Assembly (NCBI GenBank): GCA_031409335.1
Contig: JANNWY010000307.1
Location: forward strand, 1-64,000
Source of the DNA: Chthoniobacteraceae bacterium
GTDB taxonomy: Bacteria > Verrucomicrobiota > Verrucomicrobiia > Chthoniobacterales > Chthoniobacteraceae
DNA: 64,000 bases
Direction: 5' to 3'
The notes under the pieces were generated by a model. It was not told the DNA's origin, made no database searches, and saw only the letters and a list, made by a program, of their open reading frames with translations. This document shows positions 31,125-39,749 of the stretch, piece by piece. The position numbers and the translations under genes were made by a program. How positions within the stretch are numbered: the stretch's first letter is position 1; each line of letters opens with the position of its first letter.

Positions 31125-31470
31125 ATGAATTGGATTTCGGTTTCGGATGGAATGAGTCGGTCCATTGCGTCGCGTGTTCTGCCCGCTGCACCGCTCCGCG
31201 TAAAGAAAAATCGACCATTTGTTCGCTCTTCGAGCGAGAAAGCGCCGGACGCCGACGATCGCGTGGGCCTTCGTCCTACAAAAACGACCCCGGCCGGTTT
31301 TTTGCGCATCTTCCCGCATCCCATGAAACGCGCTGATCTTCGAGGCAAACGAACAACGCGGAGCACACTCCAAGACGATTGCCGTGCCCGTGCCAATAGA
31401 TCGCTCATACCAGTTGCCCATTTTGAAAAGATGGAGGCTCCAGCGAGATGTGCATCGCACGCCGCGGCCT

Positions 31471-31539
31471 AAAATAGTCTGCGACTTAAGTCGTCCAAAA
31501 CGTGGCGACGATTCAGCCGACTAAAGTCGCTACTACTTT
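31471..31539. repeat. GTAG-type REP doublet
   Basis: TAGTCTGCGACTTAAGTCG…CGACTAAAGTCGCTACTAC; an inverted near-identical copy lies at 32421-32675. Confidence 0.75.
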
Positions 31540-32420
31540 GCCGCGCCCCTCGCGCCATGCCAAAGCGACCCGCGCGAGCGCCATTTGAAACCTGGGCCTT
31601 CGGCTAAGAAACTCATCGCGCGACGGAGCGAAGCCATCCACCGGGATGCGTCATCACGTTGCTCAATGTGAGGTTCTCGGCTTGGAAACGAGTACCGGCA
31701 ACCGCAGATTCTGGACAATATGGATATGGAAAGTATGGTAAATGCTATTGGTGATGTTTATGATACCCGCTCCTTCGCGTCCGATTGAGGGATGGTTGTC
31801 TCCCGATGCTGATCGCGACGCTTCGGGAGGCCAACACGCTGGGTCCGGCGATGCAGGCGTGGCCATTGTGCAAACCGGGCTGATTCCTTTTTGCGCAGCG
31901 ATATTGCCAAACATTGCGATTGATCTGCCTGATACTGCCGACCAGCAGCGGGCCATTTTCCCCGACATCGGCGCTGGTTCGCCGAACTGCGATCCGGTGC
32001 CGGGAGCGAGTGCGTGCATCTCTTTCCGACAGGATCCTGATGGAGAGTGCCTCCCAGGGCCGAACCTGCTCTCCGCCAGCCGACTGTGCGCCACAAACGA
32101 CCCGGAATACTTGGAGATTTTTGGCCCAAGCGGATCGGTTCAGCGATGCAAGGAGCAATTCATTGAATCTGGCTTCAGTCCACGAAAACCCCTTCGCTTG
32201 GATCCGACCAGTTTCTGGCGGGACGATACTGCCAAATCGGTTCACGGGCCGACCGATGTCTGTGTTATTTGGGTTTACCAGAATTCGCGCGCCGCCTAGC
32301 CATCAGAGTTTCGCCTTTGTGGTTATGAAACGCCCCGAGCGCGTTTGCCACGCATTCCTGGTTCCTGCGGAAATGGGGATCGCGGGTCGCGTGGGACTGG
32401 CGGTGCGCGAGGAGCGCGGC

Positions 32421-32675
32421 AAAGTAGTCAGCGACTTTATTTAGCCTAAATCCGGGGATGGATGGCAAAAAGATTTGTGGCAAGAAGATGAATGGGAAGG
32501 AATTGCGGCGAAAAAAGCGCCGCCCGGCACCACACCCGCTGGGTGAACGAGCCATGTCGGGCAACCTCTTCATCCCCATCTTTTTGCCAGCCATCTTTTT
32601 GCAAAACTGCCGTTTCCAGGTTTAGTCGGCTAAACCGTGTCCACGTTTTGGACGACTGAAGTCGCGGGCTACTTT
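32421..32675. repeat. Second REP doublet (inverted relative to 31471-31539), interrupted by a MITE
   Basis: AAAGTAGTCAGCGACTTTA | insert | TCGGCTAAACCGTGTCCACGTTTTGGACGACTGAAGTCGCGGGCTACTTT. Confidence 0.75.
32446..32625. mobile_element. MITE-like palindromic insert (about 180 bp)
   Basis: Ends CTAAATCCGG / CCAGGTTTAG; inner inverted tandem arms GGCAAAAAGAT…GGCAAGAAGATG / CATCTTTTTGCC…CATCTTTTTGC. Confidence 0.7.
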
Positions 32676-32760
32676 CCGTACCGACAAGGGAATCTCGCTT
32701 CTCTGGCAAGGGCAGCCCGGCATCCCTGGCCAAGATCGAGCCGACGCAGCCTGCCAGGCG

Positions 32761-33441
32761 TTATGAAACTTTCGCGTAGAGACGGTCGTTGGCGTCGAGG
32801 TCCTTGATGACCGTGCAGAGATAGACGGGCTCCGGGTGCAGGTCGCGGTATTTTGTGATCTCGGTCTTGTTCAGCACCTTGAAGCCGTAGCGCTCGAACA
32901 TCTTCGTCCCGCGGCGGTCTTCAAAAACCACCATTTGCCCGAAGACGCGCCGCTCGCCATTTTCGCGCAGATATTTCAAATAGGAATCCGTGAGCGTCCG
33001 CGCGTTCGCCACGCTCCGCGCGTCGGCGAGGAGATTGATGTGAAAATGCGCCGTCCAGCGCGGCGCAGCGGGGACTTCGCGCCACGCCTGGCGCAGTATC
33101 CAATGGACGAATTTTTTCGAGGCGGCATTATAGCGCGGGTAGCGAAAGATGCCGCGCAGGAAGAGCGCGGCGTTGTTGTAGAGATTGTAAATCTGCTGGC
33201 GCAGCGGATGGCGCGAGCCGAGCAGGTAGCCGCGGATTTCGCCATTTACGAGCAGGACGAACGCCGACTCCGGCTCCCAATCGGTGTAGTAGGCCGAGAG
33301 ATAGTCGGCGAAGAGTTCGCGATCCTCGAAAACGGGGTCGATCGGCTTTCCCAGGAAGCCCGTCTCGCAGCACAGCTCGCGCACGCGGGCACGGTCTGCG
33401 GGTTGCAATTTGCGAATTTCGAAGCGTTTTTCTTCAGCCAT
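32761..33441 (-). CDS. GNAT family N-acetyltransferase
   Basis: IRKLQPADRARVRELCCETG…YYTDWEPESAFVL…GYLLG, AHFHINLL…R, FERYGF. Confidence 0.8.
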   Translation of the reverse strand: MAEEKRFEIRKLQPADRARVRELCCETGFLGKPIDPVFEDRELFADYLSAYYTDWEPESAFVLLVNGEIRGYLLGSRHPLRQQIYNLYNNAALFLRGIFRYPRYNAASKKFVHWILRQAWREVPAAPRWTAHFHINLLADARSVANARTLTDSYLKYLRENGERRVFGQMVVFEDRRGTKMFERYGFKVLNKTEITKYRDLHPEPVYLCTVIKDLDANDRLYAKVS

Positions 33442-33444
33442 GGG

Positions 33445-34623
33445 TCAGGGACGGCGGTAGTTGTGGATGACTTCGCGATACAGGTCAAACAAGCGGCTGA
33501 AGACGCCGTCCCACGAAAACTGCGCGGCGATCTCCGCGTGCAGCCTGGCGGGATTTCCGCGCTCCTTTTCCCCGCTCATTTCTTCGATCGCGCGCGCCAG
33601 TGCCGCGGCCGTATTTTCCCGCGCCCAATGCATCTGTCCGCAGCGCACGATGCGATCCATGTAGCTGCCGCGAATGCCGACGACCGGCGTCCCGCACGCC
33701 TGCGCTTCCAGCGTCACGAGGCCGAAAGTCTCCTGCACGCCGGGATGCACGAAGAGATCGGCGGCGCGGTAGAGCGCGGCGAGTTTTGTCGGATCGGCGC
33801 AGTAGGAAAGGTGGGTGATTTGTGAAGGGTGATCGGTGATGAGTGATCGGAGATCCGAGCGTTGCAGGCCGTCGCCGACGACGAGCAGGTGAAAGCGATT
33901 CGCGTTTTCGCGGGCGAGGATGCGGCAGGCGTCGAACAGCGTGCATGTATTTTTTTCCTGCGCGAGCCGCCCGACATAGAGCAGCAGCGTGCGCCCGCGC
34001 GGGATCGCGAATTCCGCGCGCACATCCTCGCCCGGCTGCCGCTGTGGCTGGAAAATCGCCGCGTCCACGCCGAGATCGCTCAGCGCCACATTTCGCACGC
34101 CCCATTCCCCGAGCAGCGCGCCGAGCGGCGGCGACGGCACGATCGTGCGCTCGAAGCGATTGTAGAGACTGCGGATGTAGCGCCGGGAAACGTCCATGCA
34201 GAACTCCGTCACCGTCACGCCGAAAAATCTTCGCACCGTGCGGATGTAAGCCTCGGGAAAATGGGAGTGGTAAAACCCCACGACCGGAATTCCCAGCGCC
34301 GCCCCGGAATGCACCGCCTTCCACGCGCACTGATAGGGATCGCCCGATTCGATCAAATCCGGACACTCCTTCTCCAAAAGGCGCTCGATCGCCTCCAGCC
34401 GCAGCAGCACGCGATAGCGTGAAGTCCGCGAGATCAGCGGCGACGCGATGAAGTGCGTCCGCGAACGCTCCGCCACGATCGTCTCGTCCCGCTCGCCTGG
34501 CACGATCAGCACATGTTCATCGTCGTGCGTGCGTTCGCGAATGTGGCGCACCTTCTCCGCGACGTAGCACTTCACCCCGCCGCTCGCGGGCGAATAGAAC
34601 TGAGTGAGATCGCAGATTTTCAG
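33445..34623 (-). CDS. GT4 glycosyltransferase (alpha-mannosyltransferase-like); probable CTG start
   Basis: N-terminal (L)KICDLTQFYSPASGGVK, LYVGRLAQEKN, ETFGLVTLEAQACGTPVVG. Confidence 0.88.
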   Translation of the reverse strand: MKICDLTQFYSPASGGVKCYVAEKVRHIRERTHDDEHVLIVPGERDETIVAERSRTHFIASPLISRTSRYRVLLRLEAIERLLEKECPDLIESGDPYQCAWKAVHSGAALGIPVVGFYHSHFPEAYIRTVRRFFGVTVTEFCMDVSRRYIRSLYNRFERTIVPSPPLGALLGEWGVRNVALSDLGVDAAIFQPQRQPGEDVRAEFAIPRGRTLLLYVGRLAQEKNTCTLFDACRILARENANRFHLLVVGDGLQRSDLRSLITDHPSQITHLSYCADPTKLAALYRAADLFVHPGVQETFGLVTLEAQACGTPVVGIRGSYMDRIVRCGQMHWARENTAAALARAIEEMSGEKERGNPARLHAEIAAQFSWDGVFSRLFDLYREVIHNYRRP

Positions 34624-34663
34624 AGCGGCCGGTTATCGTGCCCGGTGTCCGGCGTGGCGAGCG

Positions 34664-34744
34664 CCAAGGAGCGGCGATTTCCGAATCGCCGACCGGATCA
34701 AAGCGCGGCGCGCGTTCGGCGATTCGGAAATCGCCGCTCCTTGG
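34664..34744. repeat. REP-like perfect 29-bp inverted repeat in a divergent intergenic region
   Basis: CCAAGGAGCGGCGATTTCCGAATCGCCGA at 34664-34692 and its exact reverse complement at 34716-34744; each arm is itself a hairpin. Confidence 0.85.
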
Positions 34745-34785
34745 AGGTTGCGCTGCGTGTGCCCGACCGCCAAAACGTCCTCCTG

Positions 34786-35718
34786 ATGAAAACCCGCCGG
34801 CTCGGCCAGACCGATCTTCAACTTCCCATCCTCAGCTTCGGCGCATCGTCGCTCGGCGCGGAATTCCGCAACGTCACCGTCGATGAAGCGCTCGCCAGCG
34901 TCCGCGTCGCGCTGGAGTGCGGGCTGAACTTCATCGACACCTCGCCATTTTACGGACGCGGCATGAGCGAGCTGCTGCTCGGTGTGGCGCTGAAAGGTGT
35001 GCCGCGCGAGAGCTACACGCTTTGCACCAAAGTGGGCCGCTACGATTTGCCGCACTTCGATTTTTCCGCGAAGCGAATGGCCGAAAGCGTGGACGTATCG
35101 CTGCACCGGCTCGGCACGGATCACCTCGACATCGTGCTCTGCCACGACATCGAATTCGTGCCGATGCAGCAGATCGTGGATGAGACAATCCCGGCGCTGA
35201 AAAAAATCCGGCAGGCCGGGAAAGTCCGCTACATCGGCTTCTCCGGGTATCCGCAGAATATCTTCCGCTTCATTTGCGAGCAGACGGATGTGGACTGCGT
35301 GCTGAGCTACAATCAATACACGCTGCAAAACACGCGCTTCGCCGATGAGACGATTCCGTATTTGAAAACGAAAGGCGTTGGCGCGATGAACGCCGGACCG
35401 TTCAGCGCGCGACTGCTCACCAATGCGCCGCTGCCCGCGTGGCTGAAGGAGCCCGAAAGCGTGAAAGCCGCCGCCCGCACCGCTGCCGCGCACTGCGCGA
35501 ACAAGGGCGTGGATATCGCCAAACTCGCGCTGCAATACAGCCTCGCAAACGAAGACATCGCGACCACGATTTCCGGCAGCGCAAATCCGAACAACATCCG
35601 CAACTGGGCAAAGTGGGCCGCAGAGCCGATCGACCACGAGCTGCTCGCGGAAGTGCTGGAGATTTTCGCGCCGGTAAAAAATCTCGGGCACGCCGAAGGG
35701 CTGGCGGAGAACAACTGA
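34786..35718 (+). CDS. Aldo/keto reductase (L-galactose/aldose dehydrogenase-like)
   Basis: RRLGQTDL…SFGASSLG, GLNFIDTSPFYGRGMSE, TKVGRY, CHDIEF, GKVRYIGFSGYP. Confidence 0.9.
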   Translation: MKTRRLGQTDLQLPILSFGASSLGAEFRNVTVDEALASVRVALECGLNFIDTSPFYGRGMSELLLGVALKGVPRESYTLCTKVGRYDLPHFDFSAKRMAESVDVSLHRLGTDHLDIVLCHDIEFVPMQQIVDETIPALKKIRQAGKVRYIGFSGYPQNIFRFICEQTDVDCVLSYNQYTLQNTRFADETIPYLKTKGVGAMNAGPFSARLLTNAPLPAWLKEPESVKAAARTAAAHCANKGVDIAKLALQYSLANEDIATTISGSANPNNIRNWAKWAAEPIDHELLAEVLEIFAPVKNLGHAEGLAENN

Positions 35719-35724
35719 CGCAGA

Positions 35725-36810
35725 ATGAAAATTGGCCTCGTTCGCCGCGGCTATTCCGCGACTGGCGGCGCGGAGGCATATCTGCGGCGGTTTGCGGAGG
35801 CGGCAGTTGTGGAGGGACACGAGTGCGTGCTTTTCGCGGATGGCGAGTGGGCGGAGTGGGAGGAAGAACGCGTGCGCCTCGCGGGCGGATCGCCGCGGAG
35901 ATTTGCCGACGCACTCGCGGCATTGCGGCCCCGCGAAAAGTGCGATTTCCTGTTCAGCCTCGAGCGGGTTTGGCAGTGCGACGCGTATCGCGCGGGCGAT
36001 GGCGTCCATGCGGCGTGGCTGGCGCGGCGTGCGGCGTTCGAGCCCGTCTGGCGCGGGTTCTTCCGCCGTTTCAGCGGGAAACATCGCGCGCTTTTGGAAA
36101 TCGAACGCGCGCTCTTTTCGCCGGGCGGCGCAGCGGTCGTGATCGCAAATTCCAAATGGATCAAGCGCGAGATCGAGCAGCATTTCGGATTTCCGCCGGA
36201 ACGCGTCCGCGTCGTTTACAACGGCGTGCCCGCGTTCACCCCGCCACCCGATGCGCGTGCGGACGTGCGCCGGGAACTCGGGCTCGGAGCGGAGGATTAC
36301 GTCCTGCTTTTCGCCGGCTCCGGCTGGGATCGCAAAGGGCTGCGCTTTGCGATCGACGCGGTGAATGCGAGCGCTTCGCGGCCGACGCTGCTGGTCGCGG
36401 GCCGGGGAAAGCCGGAGTCGATGCCGCGCTCGGATCGGGTGCGTTTTCTCGGCCCGGTTTCCGAAATGCCGCGCACGCTGGCTGCTGCGGATGCATTCGT
36501 GCTGCCGACGCTGTACGAGCCTTTTTCCAACGCCTGCCTCGAAGCAATCGCGGCCGGCCTGCCCGTGCTGACCACCGAACACAATGGCTTCGCCGAAATC
36601 ATCGAACGCGGCATCGAGGGCGAAATCTTTGCCGATCCGCGCGACACCGCCGCGCTCGCCGCGGGCATCGATCGCTGGGCGGATGCCGCGCGCCGGGCCG
36701 GGGTGCGTCCGCGTTTGCTGGAGAAAGCGGCGCGTTTCACGATCGCGGAGAACGTGCGATCGACGCTGGCGATTATCGAAAGTCAGCGTCACACTGCGCA
36801 TCCCGAATGA
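35725..36810 (+). CDS. GT4 glycosyltransferase (WaaG/RfaG-like)
   Basis: GGAEAY, YRAGDGVH, LFAGSGWDRKGL, LPTLYEPFSNACLEAIAAGLPV. Confidence 0.88.
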   Translation: MKIGLVRRGYSATGGAEAYLRRFAEAAVVEGHECVLFADGEWAEWEEERVRLAGGSPRRFADALAALRPREKCDFLFSLERVWQCDAYRAGDGVHAAWLARRAAFEPVWRGFFRRFSGKHRALLEIERALFSPGGAAVVIANSKWIKREIEQHFGFPPERVRVVYNGVPAFTPPPDARADVRRELGLGAEDYVLLFAGSGWDRKGLRFAIDAVNASASRPTLLVAGRGKPESMPRSDRVRFLGPVSEMPRTLAAADAFVLPTLYEPFSNACLEAIAAGLPVLTTEHNGFAEIIERGIEGEIFADPRDTAALAAGIDRWADAARRAGVRPRLLEKAARFTIAENVRSTLAIIESQRHTAHPE

Positions 36811-37418
36811 TCACGCTCGCGATCGAAACCTCCACGCCGCGCGGCAGCGTCGCGGTCTTCGCGTATGGCGAAGTCGTTTTCGACGAATCCTTCACCGCCG
36901 ACCGCAGCCACAGTGCCACCCTGTTCGCCTCGCTGGAACGGGCGCGCGCCTGCACGCATCGGATTCACCAGGTCGCCGTCGGCCTCGGTCCCGGCTCCTA
37001 CGCCGGCGTGCGCATCGCCATTGCGGCGGCGCTCGGGTTTGACATGGCGCTCGGCGCGAAAGTGGTCGGCCTGCCTTCCATCATTGCGGCGGATATCGAT
37101 TCGCCGGAGTATCTCGCGATCGGCGACGCGCGCCGGGAGACTTTCTATTTCTCGCGGGTGCTGAATCACGTGTGCGTGGACGGGCCTCGTCTCGTGGCCG
37201 AAGGCGAACTGCGCGAGTTGCTGGAAACGTTTCCGACCCAGCCCTGTTTCACCGGCGCCCCGCTCGCCGCCTTTCCCAGCGTGCAAGTGCTCCCGCCATC
37301 GGCGGTCGTGCTGGCAAAGCTCGCAGCGGAGGGCATCGGCATCGTGGCAACCGGCGATCTCGAGCCGATCTATTTGCGCGAGGCGCACATCACGGTGCCG
37401 AAGTCGCAAGTGATATAG
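36807..37418 (+). CDS. tsaB: tRNA threonylcarbamoyladenosine biosynthesis protein TsaB
   Basis: LAIETST, HSATL, VGLGPGSYAGVRIAIA, DARR, LEPIYLR; ATGA overlap with the upstream gene. Confidence 0.92.
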   Translation: MITLAIETSTPRGSVAVFAYGEVVFDESFTADRSHSATLFASLERARACTHRIHQVAVGLGPGSYAGVRIAIAAALGFDMALGAKVVGLPSIIAADIDSPEYLAIGDARRETFYFSRVLNHVCVDGPRLVAEGELRELLETFPTQPCFTGAPLAAFPSVQVLPPSAVVLAKLAAEGIGIVATGDLEPIYLREAHITVPKSQVI

Positions 37419-37577
37419 CAGGCTGCTAAAAAAACCGCAGGGCAGGCTCCCACTCTTGATCCTGATCCTGATCTTTGATCCCAATCCGAGAGCCGCTTGC
37501 TCTGCCGACGGCGGATCAAGAGCAAGAGCAGGATCAAGAGTCCGGAGTTGGAATCCGCGACTTCTTCGACACGCGCT
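37417..37577. mobile_element. MITE-like element with hexamer arrays between convergent stop codons
   Basis: Ends AGCAGGCTGCTAAAAAA / TTCTTCGACACGCGCT (imperfect IR); inner CTCTTGATCCTGATCCTGATC versus GATCAAGAGCAAGAGCAGGATCAAGAG. Confidence 0.6.
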
Positions 37578-39749
37578 TTAATCCGCCGCGTCCCGCGCAT
37601 ACCTCGCCAGCCAGCGATCCACCGCGCGCTGCGCTTCACTCCATGCGGTGACGGCGCGGGTGCTGCGAAATCTCACGCGCGCCATTTCGCCGATCGAAAA
37701 TCCGGGTGCCGCATCGAGCCGCGCGATGGCGGTGAAATGCGGACGCGCGAGTTCGAATTGCTCGGTCATCTTTTCCTCCTGCGACGAATCCGATTCCGTG
37801 CGGCGCAGCGCGAGCGGACCACCCGCGACGGCGGTGAGCGCGGGATGCACGAGGCTGCGCGATGCCCGCGCCTCGACCCGCGTGAGCGTCGCTGGAAAAT
37901 TGCCGCCGCGCCCCGCGATGCGCACTTTCACCGGCTGCTGAAAAGCGGTGCGGAAATGCGGCTCCTGCTCCTCGCTCACGGCGATCTTCACTTCGCTGCC
38001 ATCGACGCTGCCGAGCTGCATCATTTCATCGCCCGGTTGGAAAAACGCGCCCGCCATTTGCGCGAGCTGGCGGTTCGTGACGCGGCCCGCGAAAGGCGCG
38101 CGGATCTGCAGCGTGGCGGTGTAGCTTTCGTGATTCGCGACCACCTTCGTCAGCGCATCGACTTTCGATTTCTCGGCCTGAAATGCGGCGACATCCCCGC
38201 TCGCGTAAGCGACGCGCGAGCGGAGTTCCTGCTGCGCGAGGCCGATCCGGCTGCGCGATAGATTCGAGGTGGCCTCATCGTTGCGGAGTTCGACGAGGAG
38301 CTGCCCTTGGCCCACCGCGTCGCCATCGCTGACGTGAATTTTTTCCACGAACCCGGCGCACTCCGCGCGCAGCACGCGCGTCTCCGCCAGCTCGACCACG
38401 CCGGGGCTCGAAACGGACCGGTGAAACGGAACGAACAGCGCGGCGGCGATGACCGCCAGCGCGATGCCGCCGCGCACGGCAAGCGTGCGCCATCTTCCAC
38501 CACCCGAGCCGACGCCGCTCGCGAGCGATTCCACGAAGCGCCACAGCGGCAGCGCCGTCCAGCCGATCGCGGCGACGATCGCGAGCAGCAGCCCGCCGCC
38601 GCGCAGCGCCACGCTCGCGCCGACGAGCAGACTGGCGATCATCAGCATTTGCCAGAGCCACGCGGCCACGCCGTAGATCGCGACGATCCAGTCTTCGCGC
38701 GTGATGAGCGGCTTCGGCTTTTGTCCGCGCGCACCGAGCAGCAGCCAGCCCGCCGCGCGCCCGAACCAGCCGCGTCCGCGCGTGGCGAGGTTTGGGATTT
38801 CGAGCAGGTCGCCGAGGATGAAATAGCCGTCGAAACGCATCAGCGGATTGGCGTTGAAAAAAAGCGTGAGCGCCGTGCCGGTGACAATGACGTTGTGCGC
38901 GACTGTATTCAGCGCGCCATCGCCGGTGCGCGACCAGACGACGGCAGCGATCGCGGCGAGAAAAAACTCCGCGTAAAGCCCGGCGGCGGCGACCATGATG
39001 CGGCGCCACTTCGACGGCAGGCCGAGGCTCGCGGTGGCATCGACGTAACCCATCGGCACGAAGACGACGAAGATCGCGCCGATCTCGCGCACGGCGGCGC
39101 CGAAGTGTTTGCAGAAAACGCCGTGCGACAGCTCGTGGACGATTTTCAAAACCGCCCAGACGAGGAACAGCCACAGCCAGTTGTCGCGCGAAAAGATGCC
39201 CTCAAACCCGCGCGCAAATCGCGGCCAATCCATCAGCAGATGCGCCGCGCCGATCAGCACGACGGCGAGCCAGATGAAAAATCCGAACCCGCCAAGCACG
39301 GGTCGCAGCATCGGCTCGATCGCGGTGAAAAAGCGGTCTGGTCGCGCGAGCGGGAGCTTGAGCACGAGCGGATTCAGCCACGTCGCCGCCCAGCGCAGCG
39401 TGCGCTCGGCGTGTTCGCGGTCGCTGCCGCTGCGCGCGCTTTCCACCGCGAGCAAATGATTGTCCTTCAGCCAGCGCAGCATGTGCAGCGCCTCGCCTTC
39501 GGTGAAGGCTTCGCCGCCGCCATCGCGCGCGAGTTGCGCCACGATCGCGGCCATCGTGCGCGAGCCATCGAGCGCGCGGAGGAAATTGTATTCCTCGATG
39601 CCGACCCGGTGAAAACGCGAAGCGTGCGAATCCTCAATGACACAAACCCGCCGCCCACTTTGCTCCTGAATGGAAAACCGCAACCCATCGCGCAAGCGCG
39701 GACGCAGCATTTCGATCTCGCGAACGGAACGATTTTCAGCGGCGCTCAT
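37578..39749 (-). CDS. Site-2 (M50) membrane metalloprotease fused to an HlyD-like adaptor, with a PqqD-like N-terminus
   Basis: HELSHG (HExxH), NANPLMRFDGY, multiple TM helices, lipoyl-like half-motif GFVEKIHVSDGDAVGQGQLL and LQIRAPFAGRV. Confidence 0.85.
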   Translation of the reverse strand: MSAAENRSVREIEMLRPRLRDGLRFSIQEQSGRRVCVIEDSHASRFHRVGIEEYNFLRALDGSRTMAAIVAQLARDGGGEAFTEGEALHMLRWLKDNHLLAVESARSGSDREHAERTLRWAATWLNPLVLKLPLARPDRFFTAIEPMLRPVLGGFGFFIWLAVVLIGAAHLLMDWPRFARGFEGIFSRDNWLWLFLVWAVLKIVHELSHGVFCKHFGAAVREIGAIFVVFVPMGYVDATASLGLPSKWRRIMVAAAGLYAEFFLAAIAAVVWSRTGDGALNTVAHNVIVTGTALTLFFNANPLMRFDGYFILGDLLEIPNLATRGRGWFGRAAGWLLLGARGQKPKPLITREDWIVAIYGVAAWLWQMLMIASLLVGASVALRGGGLLLAIVAAIGWTALPLWRFVESLASGVGSGGGRWRTLAVRGGIALAVIAAALFVPFHRSVSSPGVVELAETRVLRAECAGFVEKIHVSDGDAVGQGQLLVELRNDEATSNLSRSRIGLAQQELRSRVAYASGDVAAFQAEKSKVDALTKVVANHESYTATLQIRAPFAGRVTNRQLAQMAGAFFQPGDEMMQLGSVDGSEVKIAVSEEQEPHFRTAFQQPVKVRIAGRGGNFPATLTRVEARASRSLVHPALTAVAGGPLALRRTESDSSQEEKMTEQFELARPHFTAIARLDAAPGFSIGEMARVRFRSTRAVTAWSEAQRAVDRWLARYARDAAD

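Noticed and set aside
31044..32444. Several 120-185 aa ORFs upstream of the PEP-CTERM gene
   Set aside because: Overlapping on both strands, with no recognisable motifs or codon bias; treated as non-coding or decayed.
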